DNA of 64,000 nt, from positions 864,001 to 928,000 of the forward strand of contig CAWKBC010000027.1 in the NCBI GenBank assembly GCA_963847705.1, in the 5' to 3' direction. Position numbers and translations under genes: made by a program. The notes below the pieces were generated by a model. It did no database searches. It was not told where the DNA came from and saw nothing but the letters and a program-made list of their open reading frames with translations. Shown one piece after another: positions 42,999 to 54,528 of this stretch (the first letter of the stretch is position 1; every line of letters starts with the position of its first letter). Source of the DNA: an uncultured Pseudomonadota bacterium. Lineage in GTDB: Bacteria > Myxococcota_A > Polyangia > Fen-1088.

Positions 42999-43991
42999 CT
43001 GGTTTCCGACGCCGTCCTGATCGTCGACAAGCCGGTCGGTCCGACCTCGTTCGCGGTGGTCCGCCAGGTCCGTCACGCGGCGGGGGTCCGGCGCGTCGGG
43101 CACGGCGGGACGCTCGACCCGCTGGCCTCCGGCGTTTTGCCGGTCTGCCTCGGTGAGGCCACCAAGCTGGCGCCTTTTCTGCTGAGCGCCGACAAGGAGT
43201 ACGACGTGACGATCCGCCTCGGCGTCGAGACCGACACCGACGACGCGGAAGGTGCCACGACCGCCACCTGCGACGTTGCAGCGTTGGCGCCTGTGACAGC
43301 CAGTGTCGTCAGCGATGCGCTGGCTCAGTTCCGGGGCGCCATCGAGCAAACGCCGCCCGCCTACGCGGCAATCAAGCGTGAGGGACGGCCGCTCTATTCC
43401 TACGCGCGCGCTGGAGAGTCGATCGAGGTGGCGCCGCGGGCCGTGGTCATCCACGCGCTGGAGATGACCCACTTCGGCGGGCCCGAGGACGTTCGCCTCC
43501 ACGTTCACTGCTCCAAGGGGACCTACGTCCGGGCGCTGGCGCGCGACCTCGGCCGCCTCCTCGGGGTGGGCGGCCACGTCACGGCGCTGCGCCGCACGCG
43601 GTCGGGTCCGTTTTCGCTCCTGCAAGCGCGGCCGCTGGCCCAGATCCTCGAAGCTCTGACGCAGGGCTCGCGAGGCTCGGCGAGCTCGTCCGACCTGTTG
43701 CTCGTCTCCCTCCCGGCTGCGCTGCGCGATCTGCCGCAACACGGGGTCGACGAGGCGACGGCCAGGGACCTGAGGGCCGGCAAGCGCGTCGCCTGGCAGG
43801 TCGCCACCGGCGGCTCGACGGCACCCCGCGTCTGCCTCCTCGATCCGACCGGGGACCTGATCGCCGTGGCCGAGCCTCGCCCGGACGGGCTGGTCAAGAC
43901 GCTCCGGGTTTTTGGCGCCACCGCGGTGGACAAGACGGCGGCCAAAACGAGCAGCAAGACGAACCAGGACGTGGCTAAAAAACCGTCCTGA
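42999..43991 (+). CDS. truB: tRNA pseudouridine(55) synthase TruB (probable CTG start)
   Basis: VLIVDKPVGPTS (upstream of the first GTG), GHGGTLDPLASGVL, Q.PP.Y.AIK..G..LY..AR, CSKGTYVR. Confidence 0.93.
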   Translation: MVSDAVLIVDKPVGPTSFAVVRQVRHAAGVRRVGHGGTLDPLASGVLPVCLGEATKLAPFLLSADKEYDVTIRLGVETDTDDAEGATTATCDVAALAPVTASVVSDALAQFRGAIEQTPPAYAAIKREGRPLYSYARAGESIEVAPRAVVIHALEMTHFGGPEDVRLHVHCSKGTYVRALARDLGRLLGVGGHVTALRRTRSGPFSLLQARPLAQILEALTQGSRGSASSSDLLLVSLPAALRDLPQHGVDEATARDLRAGKRVAWQVATGGSTAPRVCLLDPTGDLIAVAEPRPDGLVKTLRVFGATAVDKTAAKTSSKTNQDVAKKPS

Positions 43992-44065
43992 CGAGCCAAC
44001 TTACGTTGACTGTAGAACTGGAATGTAGGACATTCAATCACCTCAAAAGAAAAGAAGAATCGTAA

Positions 44066-44335
44066 ATGTCCCTCGCAGCAGAACGCAAATCGTCAGTCGT
44101 GCAGAAGTTCGCACGGAAGCCCGGTGACACCGGGTCCCCCGAAGTCCAGATCGCCCTCCTTTCGGAACGGATTTCGTACCTCACCGAGCACTTCAAGGCC
44201 CACGTGAAGGATCACCACTCACGTCGCGGTCTTCTCATGCTGGTCGGCCAGCGCCGCCGTCTCCTGGACTACTTGAAGTCCAAGAACGTCGACCGCTATC
44301 GCGCCGTCATCCAGTCGCTCGGCATCCGTAAGTAA
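44066..44335 (+). CDS. rpsO: 30S ribosomal protein S15
   Basis: [37 protein letters not shown]. Confidence 0.99.
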   Translation: MSLAAERKSSVVQKFARKPGDTGSPEVQIALLSERISYLTEHFKAHVKDHHSRRGLLMLVGQRRRLLDYLKSKNVDRYRAVIQSLGIRK

Positions 44336-44467
44336 GTAGAGCGTCGCGACGTCGAGCCGGACGGCCGCGCACCCAGTGCGCGCCGTGCGGCGGTCACGCG
44401 CGCGCTCGCGCGCCGTGGCTGCTCGACCACGATTTCATCGCTGCAGGCCACAGACAGGGAGATCACC

Positions 44468-46588
44468 ATGTTCGTACGTGAAGGCGTCAATTTCGGCGGC
44501 AAGGAGCTCAGCATCGAGACCGGCCGCATGGCCAAACAGGCCGACGGCGCGGTTGTTGTCCGCTACGGCGACACGATGGTGCTGGTGACCGCGGTCGCCT
44601 CCACCGGCGTCCGCCCCGGCGTCGACTTCATGCCGCTCACGGTCGACTACCTCGAGAAGACGTCGGCCGCGGGACGCATCCCGGGCGGCTACTTCAAGCG
44701 CGAAGGGCGCATGACGGAGGTCGAGGTACTGACCTCGCGCCTCATCGATCGTCCGTCGCGCCCGCTCTTCCCCAAGGGCTGGCGGTTCGACACGCAGGTG
44801 ATCGCCATGGTCGTCTCCACCGATCGCGAGAACGGCTCGGACGTGCTGGCGATGACCGGCGCCTCCACGGCGTTGCACCTCTCTGACATTCCTTTCGCCG
44901 GACCCTACGCCGGCGTTCGCGTCGGCCGCCTCGACGGCAAGTTCGTGATCAACCCGACCTTCGCCGAGCGCGCCACCTCGGACCTCGACCTCATCGTCGC
45001 CGCCAGCCGCGACGCCATCGTGATGGTCGAAGGTGGCTGCGCCGAGGTGACCGAGGACGTCATCGTCGACGCGCTGATGTTCGCCCACAAAGAGGCCCAG
45101 CCGCTCATCGACCTGCAGGACAAGCTGCGCGCGGCGGTCGGCAAGACGAAGCGCGTGTTCGTGCCGCCGGTCAAGGATCCGGTGATCGTCTCCAAGGTGG
45201 CGGAGATCGCCAACCAGAAGATTGAAGCGGCGATGGCCATCCGCGACAAGCACGAGCGCTACGCGGCGCTCGACGCCGCCGGCGGCGAGACCAAGACCGC
45301 GCTGGCGGAGACCTTCCCGGACCGCGGCGCCGAGGTCGGCGAGGCTTATGAATCGGCCAAGAAGAAGCACCTGCGCGAGCTGGTGCTGAACACCGGCAAG
45401 CGGATCGACGGGCGCGCGGGCGCCGACATCCGCCAGATCACCTGCGAGGCGGGCGTGCTGCCGCGGACGCACGGCTCGGCGCTGTTCACGCGCGGCGAGA
45501 CGCAGGCGCTGGTCACCACCACCCTCGGCACCAGCCAGGACGCGCAGCACATCGAGGCGCTCACCGGCAACATCGACAAGCGCTTCCTGCTCCACTACAA
45601 CTTCCCGCCCTTCTCCACCGGCGAGACCAAGCCGCTGCGGGGCGCCAGCCGGCGCGAGGTCGGCCACGGCAACCTGGCCGAGCGCGCCATCGCCCGCGTG
45701 CTGCCGACCGAAAAAGAGTTCCCCTACGTCATCCGCATCGTCTCGGAGATCCTGGAGTCGAACGGCAGCTCCTCGATGGCCTCGGTCTGCGGCGGCATCC
45801 TCTCGCTGATGGACGGCGGCGTCCCCATCAAGACGCCGGTGGCCGGCATCGCCATGGGGCTCATCAAGGAAGGGGACCGCGTGGCGGTGCTCTCCGACAT
45901 CCTCGGCGACGAGGACCACCTCGGCGACATGGACTTCAAGATCTGCGGCACCAAGACCGGCGTCACCGCCGTGCAGATGGACATCAAGATCCAGGGGCTG
46001 ACCCGGGAGATCCTGGAGACGGCGCTGCGCCAGGCGCGCGACGGCCGGATCCACATCCTGGCCAAGATGGCCGAGGCGCTGGCCGCCCCGCGCGAGGATC
46101 TCTCGATGTTCGCGCCGCGCATCCACACCCTGCAGGTGAAGCCGGACCAGATCCGCGAGATCATCGGCCCGGGCGGCAAGACCATCCGCGGCATCACCGC
46201 GCAGACCGGCGTCTCCATCGAGGTGGAGGACGACGGCACGGTCCACATCGCCTCGCCCGACGGGATCGCGGTCAAGAAGGCGATCGACATCATCAAGGGG
46301 CTCACCACCGAGCCGGAGATGGGCGAGTTCTACATGGGCGTGGTCAAGCGGCTGGCCGACTTCGGCTGCTTCGTCGAGATCCTCCCCGGAACCGACGGCC
46401 TGGTGCACATCAGCGAGCTCGACGAGAAGCGCGTCAACGTGGTGCGCGACATCTGCAAGGAGGGCGACGAGATGCTGGTGAAGGTGATCGGCATCGACCG
46501 CGCCACCGGAAAGATTCGCCTCTCCCGCCGCGAGACGCTGGGGAAGACCCCCGACGTCGTCCACAACTTCCGCACCGCCGCCTCTTAG
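44468..46588 (+). CDS. pnp: Polyribonucleotide nucleotidyltransferase
   Basis: [55 protein letters not shown] and S1 domains. Confidence 0.99.
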   Translation: MFVREGVNFGGKELSIETGRMAKQADGAVVVRYGDTMVLVTAVASTGVRPGVDFMPLTVDYLEKTSAAGRIPGGYFKREGRMTEVEVLTSRLIDRPSRPLFPKGWRFDTQVIAMVVSTDRENGSDVLAMTGASTALHLSDIPFAGPYAGVRVGRLDGKFVINPTFAERATSDLDLIVAASRDAIVMVEGGCAEVTEDVIVDALMFAHKEAQPLIDLQDKLRAAVGKTKRVFVPPVKDPVIVSKVAEIANQKIEAAMAIRDKHERYAALDAAGGETKTALAETFPDRGAEVGEAYESAKKKHLRELVLNTGKRIDGRAGADIRQITCEAGVLPRTHGSALFTRGETQALVTTTLGTSQDAQHIEALTGNIDKRFLLHYNFPPFSTGETKPLRGASRREVGHGNLAERAIARVLPTEKEFPYVIRIVSEILESNGSSSMASVCGGILSLMDGGVPIKTPVAGIAMGLIKEGDRVAVLSDILGDEDHLGDMDFKICGTKTGVTAVQMDIKIQGLTREILETALRQARDGRIHILAKMAEALAAPREDLSMFAPRIHTLQVKPDQIREIIGPGGKTIRGITAQTGVSIEVEDDGTVHIASPDGIAVKKAIDIIKGLTTEPEMGEFYMGVVKRLADFGCFVEILPGTDGLVHISELDEKRVNVVRDICKEGDEMLVKVIGIDRATGKIRLSRRETLGKTPDVVHNFRTAAS

Positions 46589-46602
46589 AGAAGGCAGAAG
46601 GC

Positions 46603-47049
46603 ATGTCCACCGCGGCCCCTCGCATCCGGTTCGTGAAGCTGCGACCGGGTGCGCTGGCGCCGAAGTACATGTCGGCGGGGGCCGCCGGGCTCGACCTGGC
46701 GTCGGCCGCCGACGAGGCGATCGAGATCGCGCCGGGCGGACGCGTCGCCGTCCCGACCGGGCTGGCCTTCGAGATCCCGCCCGGCTTCGAGGGGCAGGTG
46801 CGGCCGCGCTCCGGGTTGGCCCGCAAGTTCGGCATCGGCCTCCCCAACGCGCCGGGAACGATCGACAGCGACTACCGCGGCGAGGTGGCGGTGCTGCTGG
46901 TCAACCTGGGGTCGGAGCCGTTCGTGGTGAAGCCGGGAGACCGCGTCGCCCAGCTGGTGATCGCGCCGGTGGTCATCGCGGAGCTGGAAGAGGTCGCGGA
47001 GCTGTCGGACACCGTGCGCGGCGGCGGCGGTTTCGGGCACACCGGCTAG
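46603..47049 (+). CDS. dut: dUTP diphosphatase
   Basis: [44 protein letters not shown]. Confidence 0.98.
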   Translation: MSTAAPRIRFVKLRPGALAPKYMSAGAAGLDLASAADEAIEIAPGGRVAVPTGLAFEIPPGFEGQVRPRSGLARKFGIGLPNAPGTIDSDYRGEVAVLLVNLGSEPFVVKPGDRVAQLVIAPVVIAELEEVAELSDTVRGGGGFGHTG

Positions 47050-47181
47050 CTTCTTCGCTTCGCGTTCTCTGACCGCAGGGCCACGGCCACGCCGCCGGCG
47101 TCCCGTTCCTTGACCGGGCCGTCCGTGCGATAACCCGGCGGTTCCTGGTGGGCCTTTTGTCACTTGTGCCCACGCCAGCCA

Positions 47182-47199
47182 TGTGAATACTTATCCACA
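47182..47199. promoter_or_regulatory. ARG box (ArgR operator) abutting the argC start
   Basis: TGTGAATACTTATCCACA fits the imperfect palindrome nTGAATwwwwATnCAn; argR lies in the same cluster. Confidence 0.65.
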
Positions 47200-48260
47200 T
47201 GACGAATGAACCATCCAGAATCCCGGTGGGGATCATCGGCGTCTCCGGCTACTCGGGAATGGAGCTGGCGCGTCTTCTGGCTGGCCATCCGCGGTTCTCG
47301 CTGGAGCTGGCGGTGAGCGACAAGTGGGCGGGCGACACGGTCGGAGACCGCCTCCCGTTCGGCGGCCCGACGGCGACGGTGCGCATTCGTCCCCAGGCCG
47401 AGGCTGCGGCGGCCATGCCCGGACTCGAGCTGGTCTTTCTCTGCACGCCCGCCGAGGCCTCGCTGGAGCTGGCGGCGCAGGCGCTGGAGGCCGGGGTGCG
47501 GGTCGTCGACCTCTCGGGGGCCTTCCGGCTGGCCGCGGATGAATATCCACGCTGGTACGGGTTCACCCACCCCCGCGCCGATTTGCTGGCGCTCGCCTGT
47601 TACGCCATGCCGGAGGCGGGCAGCTCGGGCGACATCCGGCAGGCCAGGCTGGTCTCCAACCCCGGCTGCTACGCCACCGCCAGCACGCTGGCCACGCTGG
47701 CCCTGCTCCGCGGCGGCGTGATCGCCAGGGAAGGGATCGTCATCGACGCCAAGAGCGGGATGACCGGCGCCGGGCGCAAGGCGAGCGAGGAGATGTCGTT
47801 CACCGAGCTCGACGGCGACTTCCGGGCCTACAAGGTGCTCAAGCACCAGCACACGCCGGAGATCGAGCGGACGCTGGCGCTGGCCGGCGCCGGCGCGCTG
47901 CGCGTCACCTTCACGCCTTACTTTCTGCCGGTGCGGCGCGGGATCCTGGCCACGGTCTACGGGCGGCTTCTGCCCGGGAAGACCGGCGGGGACGCGGCGG
48001 CGGCCATCAAGACGTTCGTCGCCGACCGCCCCTTCTTGCGGGCGACCAAGCCGGAGGGGGTGCGCCTGCACGCTGTCGTGGGGACGAACCGGGTCCTCCT
48101 GGCGGCCGACTCCGATCCGGAGCGCGGGGTGGCGATCGCCTTCGCCGCCATCGACAACCTGGTCAAAGGAGCCGCCGGGCAGGCGGTCCAGAACGCCAAC
48201 CTGATGTTCGGGCTCGCCGAGACGGCCGGGCTCGAGCTTCTCGGAGGGACTGCACCTTGA
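47199..48260 (+). CDS. argC: N-acetyl-gamma-glutamyl-phosphate reductase
   Basis: GVSGYSG.EL.RLL..HP, VVDLSGAFRL, NPGCY, DAKSG.TGAGR, HQH.PEI, IDNLVKGAAGQAVQN. Confidence 0.97.
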   Translation: MTNEPSRIPVGIIGVSGYSGMELARLLAGHPRFSLELAVSDKWAGDTVGDRLPFGGPTATVRIRPQAEAAAAMPGLELVFLCTPAEASLELAAQALEAGVRVVDLSGAFRLAADEYPRWYGFTHPRADLLALACYAMPEAGSSGDIRQARLVSNPGCYATASTLATLALLRGGVIAREGIVIDAKSGMTGAGRKASEEMSFTELDGDFRAYKVLKHQHTPEIERTLALAGAGALRVTFTPYFLPVRRGILATVYGRLLPGKTGGDAAAAIKTFVADRPFLRATKPEGVRLHAVVGTNRVLLAADSDPERGVAIAFAAIDNLVKGAAGQAVQNANLMFGLAETAGLELLGGTAP

Positions 48261-50374
48261 GCGACACGAAGAGCACCACCAGCAGCAAGAGCTTCGCCCC
48301 GCCGATCGGTTTCCGTTTCGGCGCCGTGGCCGCCGGCGTGAAGGAGGCTGGCGGTATCCGCAAGGATCTGGCGCTCATCGCCTCGGAGATCCCCTGCGCA
48401 GCGGCGGGCGTCGTGACCGTCAACAAGATGTGCGCGGCGCCGATCCGCTACTCGGCGACGCGGTTCCCGGGCACCGGCATCCGCGCCATCGTCGCCAACA
48501 GCGGCAACGCCAACGCCCTGACCGGCCCGGTCGGGGCAGCCGACGAGCGGGCGATCGCCGCTGCCGTCGCCAAGGCGCTGGGCGTCGGCGCCGACGACGT
48601 GCTCACCGCCTCGACCGGCGGGATCGGCATCCGGATGCCGGTGGAGCGGATCGCCGCCGCGGCGCCCGCGCTGGTGGCGGCCCTGGGCGACGACGTGGCG
48701 AGCGCGGCGGAGGCGATCCGGACCACCGATCTGCGGACCAAGCTGGCCTTCCGGGAGATCGAGGTCGGAGGCAAGACGGTCCGCTTCGCCGCCATCGCCA
48801 AGGGCTCGGGGATGATCCACCCGCAGCTGGCGACGATGCTCTGCTTCATCACCACCGACGCGCGCGTCGCCCCCGAGACGCTGCAGCGCGCGCTGGTCTC
48901 GGCCGTCGATGAGACCTTCAACACCATCACCGTCGACGGCGACATGTCGACCAACGACACCGTCATCGCGCTGGCTAATGGCGCCTCGGGCGCACCGGCG
49001 ATCGAGCCGGAGAGCGCCGCCTTCAAGACCCTGGAAGCGACCCTGACCAGCCTGTGCGCCGATCTGGCCAAGGCGATCGCCGCCGACGGGGAGGGGGCCA
49101 GCAAGCTCTTCATCGTCGACGTGGCCGGCGTGCCGGAGCGCGAGATGGCGCGCGATCTGGCGCGCGCCGTGGCGGGTGGCAGTCTGGTGAAGTCGGGGAT
49201 CTTCGGCGGCGATCCGTCGTGGGGCCGGATCCTCGCCGCGCTGGGCGCCCGCATCGGCGCGCGCGACTACCCGATCGATCCGGCCGGCGTGACGCTGGAC
49301 GTCCAGGGGGTCCGCGTCTACGGGGACGGGGGGCCAGTGGCGTTCGACAAGGACGACCTCTCCGCGCGCATGCGGTCGACCGAGATCACCGCCCGGATGG
49401 ACCTGGGGCTCGGCAAGGCGTCGGCGCGCGCGCTCGGGTGTGACCTGACCTTCGACTACGTCAAGATCAACGCCGAGTATTACTCGGGGCCGAAGAGCAA
49501 CCTCGGCGCCGCCAACGGGAAGCACACGACCGGTCCGGTGAACCGCCCGGTGATCGTCGAGGCGCTCAGCTACATCCGCAAGTTCGCGGGCAAGCGGGCG
49601 GTCATCAAGTATGGCGGCGCGGCGATGATCGATCCGGCGCTCAAGCGCAGCTTCGCCGAGGAGATGGTGCTCTTGCAGTCGGCGGGGCTGAAGCCGGTGA
49701 TCGTCCACGGCGGCGGTCCCGAGATCACCAAGACGCTGGAGAAGATGGGGCGCAAGTCGGAGTTCGCCGACGGCCAGCGGATCACCGGCGCCGAGGAGGT
49801 CCGCGTCGTGGAGATGGTGCTGACCGGGCGGATCAACACCGAGATCGTCGGACTCATCAACAGCCTGGGCGGCAACGCCATTGGCCTTTCGGGTAAGGAC
49901 GGACGGCTGCTCATCGCCTCCAAGCTGGAGACGGCGCCCGGCAAGACCGATCTCGGCTTCGTCGGCGAGATCGACGCCGTCAACGCCGATCTCCTCGACA
50001 TGTTCCTCGAGCGCGGCTACATGCCGGTCATCTCGCCCGTCGGCTTCGGCCTCGACGGCGCCAGCTACAACATCAACGCCGACGTGGCAGCGGGCGAGAT
50101 CGCCTCGGCCTGCGGCGCCGAGCGGCTGATCTTCCTGACCGACGTGGCCGGCATCCTCGACGACAAGGGCAATCTCCTCAGCGAGGTCAAGGCGGCCGAT
50201 CTCGAAGCGCAGCTCGGCAAGAGCATCAAGGGGGGCATGCACGTCAAGGCGCAGTCGGTCCTGGATGCGCTGGCCGGCGGCGTGCGCGCGGTGCACATCG
50301 TCGACGGGCGCGCGCCCCACAGCGTGGTGGCGGAGCTCTTCACCGACCACGGCGTAGGGACGTTGGTCACGTGA
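48257..50374 (+). CDS. argJ: Fusion of ornithine acetyltransferase ArgJ and acetylglutamate kinase ArgB
   Basis: ArgJ motifs NSGNANA.TG, KGSGMIHP.LATML, DGDMSTND, DGEGA.K, CDLT.DYV.INAEY, then in the same frame ArgB motifs EAL.YI..F.GK..VIKYGG, VHGGGP.I, YNINAD, LTDV.G, GGM..K, ELFTD.G.GT. Confidence 0.93.
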   Translation: MSDTKSTTSSKSFAPPIGFRFGAVAAGVKEAGGIRKDLALIASEIPCAAAGVVTVNKMCAAPIRYSATRFPGTGIRAIVANSGNANALTGPVGAADERAIAAAVAKALGVGADDVLTASTGGIGIRMPVERIAAAAPALVAALGDDVASAAEAIRTTDLRTKLAFREIEVGGKTVRFAAIAKGSGMIHPQLATMLCFITTDARVAPETLQRALVSAVDETFNTITVDGDMSTNDTVIALANGASGAPAIEPESAAFKTLEATLTSLCADLAKAIAADGEGASKLFIVDVAGVPEREMARDLARAVAGGSLVKSGIFGGDPSWGRILAALGARIGARDYPIDPAGVTLDVQGVRVYGDGGPVAFDKDDLSARMRSTEITARMDLGLGKASARALGCDLTFDYVKINAEYYSGPKSNLGAANGKHTTGPVNRPVIVEALSYIRKFAGKRAVIKYGGAAMIDPALKRSFAEEMVLLQSAGLKPVIVHGGGPEITKTLEKMGRKSEFADGQRITGAEEVRVVEMVLTGRINTEIVGLINSLGGNAIGLSGKDGRLLIASKLETAPGKTDLGFVGEIDAVNADLLDMFLERGYMPVISPVGFGLDGASYNINADVAAGEIASACGAERLIFLTDVAGILDDKGNLLSEVKAADLEAQLGKSIKGGMHVKAQSVLDALAGGVRAVHIVDGRAPHSVVAELFTDHGVGTLVT

Positions 50375-50483
50375 ACCCTCAAAGGGTTCCCGTCCCCTCC
50401 CACGAAGGCCCCCAACCCACCCCACCCGGGCGGACCCGCGTGGGGACCCCGGGCTCGGCAAAGCCGAGCTACGTCCGGGCGAT
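50371..50483 (-). repeat. Expanded/degenerate REP-like element (locus H)
   Basis: Minus strand: ATCGCCC-GGAC GTA GCTCGGC ttt GCCGAGC..GTCC-ccACGCGGG...TTCGTGGGAGG..GGGAACCCT ttg AGGGTTCAC. Confidence 0.75.
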
Positions 50484-50489
50484 CGTCAC

Positions 50490-50942
50490 ATGAAGTCGTC
50501 CGACGCAGACAGTCGCCGAGATGCCATCCGCGAGATCCTGAGCGGGCGGCCGATCGCCAACCAGGGGGAGCTCCTGCGACGTCTGGGCGCGCGCGGCATT
50601 CGCGCCTCGCAGGCCACGCTCTCGCGGGACATGGCTATGCTGGGCGTGCGGCGCGCGGTCGGCCCCGAAGGCCCGCGCTACCTCGTCGAGGGCAACGGAG
50701 GCGCCTTGCCGCTCGACCCGGTTCGTCGCCTGGTCGACGGCGTCGAGAGCAATGGCGCTCTGGTCATCGTGCGGACCAAGTCCAGCACCGCGGCCACCGT
50801 GGCGCGCGCGCTCGACGAGGCTGGCCTGAACGAGGTGATGGGGACGCTGGCCGGCGACGACACGGTCTTCGTCGCCCCCCGCCGCGCCGGCGGCGGCCAC
50901 CGGGTCGCCGGAAAGCTGCGCGTCCTGTTCGGCCTCGCCTAG
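50490..50942 (+). CDS. argR: Arginine repressor
   Basis: Q.EL...L...GI..SQATLSRD, GTLAGDDTVFV. Confidence 0.95.
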   Translation: MKSSDADSRRDAIREILSGRPIANQGELLRRLGARGIRASQATLSRDMAMLGVRRAVGPEGPRYLVEGNGGALPLDPVRRLVDGVESNGALVIVRTKSSTAATVARALDEAGLNEVMGTLAGDDTVFVAPRRAGGGHRVAGKLRVLFGLA

Positions 50943-51028
50943 GGGGCTTTCGGGCGCCACCTTGGCGGGCCCGGCTGCGTCGCATTTGCGCGTGGCAGCC
51001 GCGACAACTCGCGGTATATCGGTCCCGC

Positions 51029-52003
51029 ATGTCGAGCGCGATCGTCGTCCACGAGCTGGGAGGTCCGGAGAAGCTCCTCTTCGAGACCGTCCCCGAGCCG
51101 ACGCCGGCCCGTGGACAGGCGCGGGTCCGCCAGACGGCGATCGGCCTCAACTTCATCGACGTCTACTACCGCACCGGGCTCTACAAGGTGCCGAGCCTGC
51201 CGTTCACGCCGGGCCAGGAGGGGGCGGGCGTCGTGGACGCCGTCGGTCCCGGGGTCAGCGGGCTGGCGATCGGGGATCGCGTGGCCTACGCCGGCGTCAA
51301 CGGTGGCTACGCAGAGACGCGCGTCATCGCCGCCGATCGCCTGGTCCGCCTTCCCTCCGGGATCGATGATCAGACGGCCGCCGCGATGATGCTGAAGGGG
51401 ATGACGGCGGAGTACCTGCTCTTGCGCTGCGCGCGCGTCGCGCGTGGCGACACCATTCTTTTTCACGCGGCGGCGGGCGGCGTGGGGAGCATCGCCTGCC
51501 AGTGGGCCAAGGCGCTCGGCCTGCAGGTCATCGGAACCGCTGGCGGCGAAGACAAGATCGGCCGCGCCCGCCAGAACGGTTGCGACGAGGTGATCGACCT
51601 CAACAGCGAGGACTTCGTCGCGCGCGTCAAGGAGATGACCGGCGGCGCCGGGGTCCGGTTCGTGTTCGACTCGATCGGCAAGGAGACCTTCTCCGGATCG
51701 CTCGAGTGCCTGGCGCCGCGGGGGATGTTGGTGCTGTTCGGGCAGTCGTCCGGGGTCGTGCCGCCGTTCGACCTGTCGCGACTGGCGGCCGCCGGCTCGC
51801 TGTTCGTGACGCGCCCCTCGCTCGGTCACTACGTGGCCACGCGCGAGGAGCTGGTCCAGTCGGCGGGGCGGCTGTTCGATCTGGTGGGGCGGGGCGCGGT
51901 GCGGATCGACGTGGGGCAGACCTTTTCGCTGCGCGACGCGGCGCAGGCGCACCGCGATCTCGAGGGGCGCAAGACGACCGGTTCGACGGTCCTCCTGCCT
52001 TGA
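51029..52003 (+). CDS. qor: NADPH:quinone oxidoreductase (zeta-crystallin family)
   Basis: IGLNFID.Y.RTGLY, LKGMTA.YL, HAAAGGVG, FGQSSG, GSLFVTRP, RKTTGS. Confidence 0.95.
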   Translation: MSSAIVVHELGGPEKLLFETVPEPTPARGQARVRQTAIGLNFIDVYYRTGLYKVPSLPFTPGQEGAGVVDAVGPGVSGLAIGDRVAYAGVNGGYAETRVIAADRLVRLPSGIDDQTAAAMMLKGMTAEYLLLRCARVARGDTILFHAAAGGVGSIACQWAKALGLQVIGTAGGEDKIGRARQNGCDEVIDLNSEDFVARVKEMTGGAGVRFVFDSIGKETFSGSLECLAPRGMLVLFGQSSGVVPPFDLSRLAAAGSLFVTRPSLGHYVATREELVQSAGRLFDLVGRGAVRIDVGQTFSLRDAAQAHRDLEGRKTTGSTVLLP

Positions 52004-52037
52004 ACCGCTCCACCGATTTCGCTAGAAGAAGGCGCGC

Positions 52038-53354
<1,317 letters not shown>

Positions 53355-53380
53355 ACAGACCAGGGAAAGGGACACCTGCC

Positions 53381-54352
53381 ATGACCCAGATCGACGAAAA
53401 GGTGCTTCGGGCACAGCTCACCAAGACGCTGGAGGCCACCGACTTTCCCGAGCTCGGTGACAAGTACGAAGGGAAGGTGCGCGACTGCTACGTCCGCGAC
53501 GGCAAGCGCACGCTGATCGCAACCGACCGGATAAGCGCCTTCGACGTGGTCCTCGGGACCATCCCCTTCAAGGGGCAGGTGCTCAACCAGATGGCATCGT
53601 TCTGGTTCGAGGCGACCGCCGACCTGGTCCCCAACCACGTGATCAGCGTCCCCGACCCCTCGGTGACCGTGGCCCGTGAGTGCAAGCTGCTTCCGGTCGA
53701 GCTCATCATGCGCGCCTACATGACCGGCGTGACCTCCACCTCGATCTGGACGGCCTACAAGAACGGGGCGCGCAGCTTCTGCGGCCACGCTCTGCCCGAG
53801 GGGATGAAGAAGAACCAGAAGCTCCCCACCGCGATCCTGACGCCGTCGACCAAGGCCGAGAAGGGCGATCACGACCGATCGGTCTCGCGCGCCGAGGTGC
53901 TGGAGATGGGGCTGCTCTCGGCCGAGGACTTCGATCGCGCGGCCGAGATGTGCGCGCGGGTGTTTGCCTTCGGCCAGGTCGAATCGCTGCGCCGCGGCCT
54001 CATCCTGGTCGACACCAAGTACGAGATCGGCCGCCGCCCCGACGGCACCCTCTGCTTCATCGACGAGATCCACACGCCCGACTCGTCGCGCTACTGGTAC
54101 GCCAACGACTACGAAGAGCGCTTCGCCAAGGGCGAAGAGCCGCGCGGCCTGGACAAGGAGTACGTCCGCCGGGCGCTGGCCGACCAGGGGTTCAAGGGCG
54201 ACGGCCCGGCGCCCAAGCTCTCCGACGACCTCCGCGTCGAGGCGGCCCGCCGGTACATTCAGGTCTGCGAGCTCCTCACCGGCCGCCCCTTCGTCCCCGA
54301 CACCGACGAGCCGATCGCCCGCATCCGTCGGAACCTCAAGCTCGCCCCGTAG
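53381..54352 (+). CDS. purC: SAICAR synthase
   Basis: GKVRD.Y, TDRISAFD, TPSTKA, LILVDTKYE, DEIHTPDSSRYW, DKEYVR; ATG at 53381. Confidence 0.97.
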   Translation: MTQIDEKVLRAQLTKTLEATDFPELGDKYEGKVRDCYVRDGKRTLIATDRISAFDVVLGTIPFKGQVLNQMASFWFEATADLVPNHVISVPDPSVTVARECKLLPVELIMRAYMTGVTSTSIWTAYKNGARSFCGHALPEGMKKNQKLPTAILTPSTKAEKGDHDRSVSRAEVLEMGLLSAEDFDRAAEMCARVFAFGQVESLRRGLILVDTKYEIGRRPDGTLCFIDEIHTPDSSRYWYANDYEERFAKGEEPRGLDKEYVRRALADQGFKGDGPAPKLSDDLRVEAARRYIQVCELLTGRPFVPDTDEPIARIRRNLKLAP

Positions 54353-54528
54353 GGGGCGCCCTCGACACGCGGCGACGCACCCCGGCGGGAAATCGCCCGT
54401 AGGTGGCGCTCGGATCCCAAACGGTAGCGCTCGCGCCCGAAATCCGCGCAGATCGCGCGGCATGAAAGCTGCTGTCGTCTTCGGTTCGCCGCCTATTTGT
54501 GTCGGCGATCTTGCAGGAGATGACCGGC

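Noticed and set aside
54349-54430. GTAG-type REP after purC (GTAGGGGGCGCC..., GTAGGTGGCGCT...)
   Set aside because: No convincing palindrome follows either GTAG, and the first is simply the purC stop codon.
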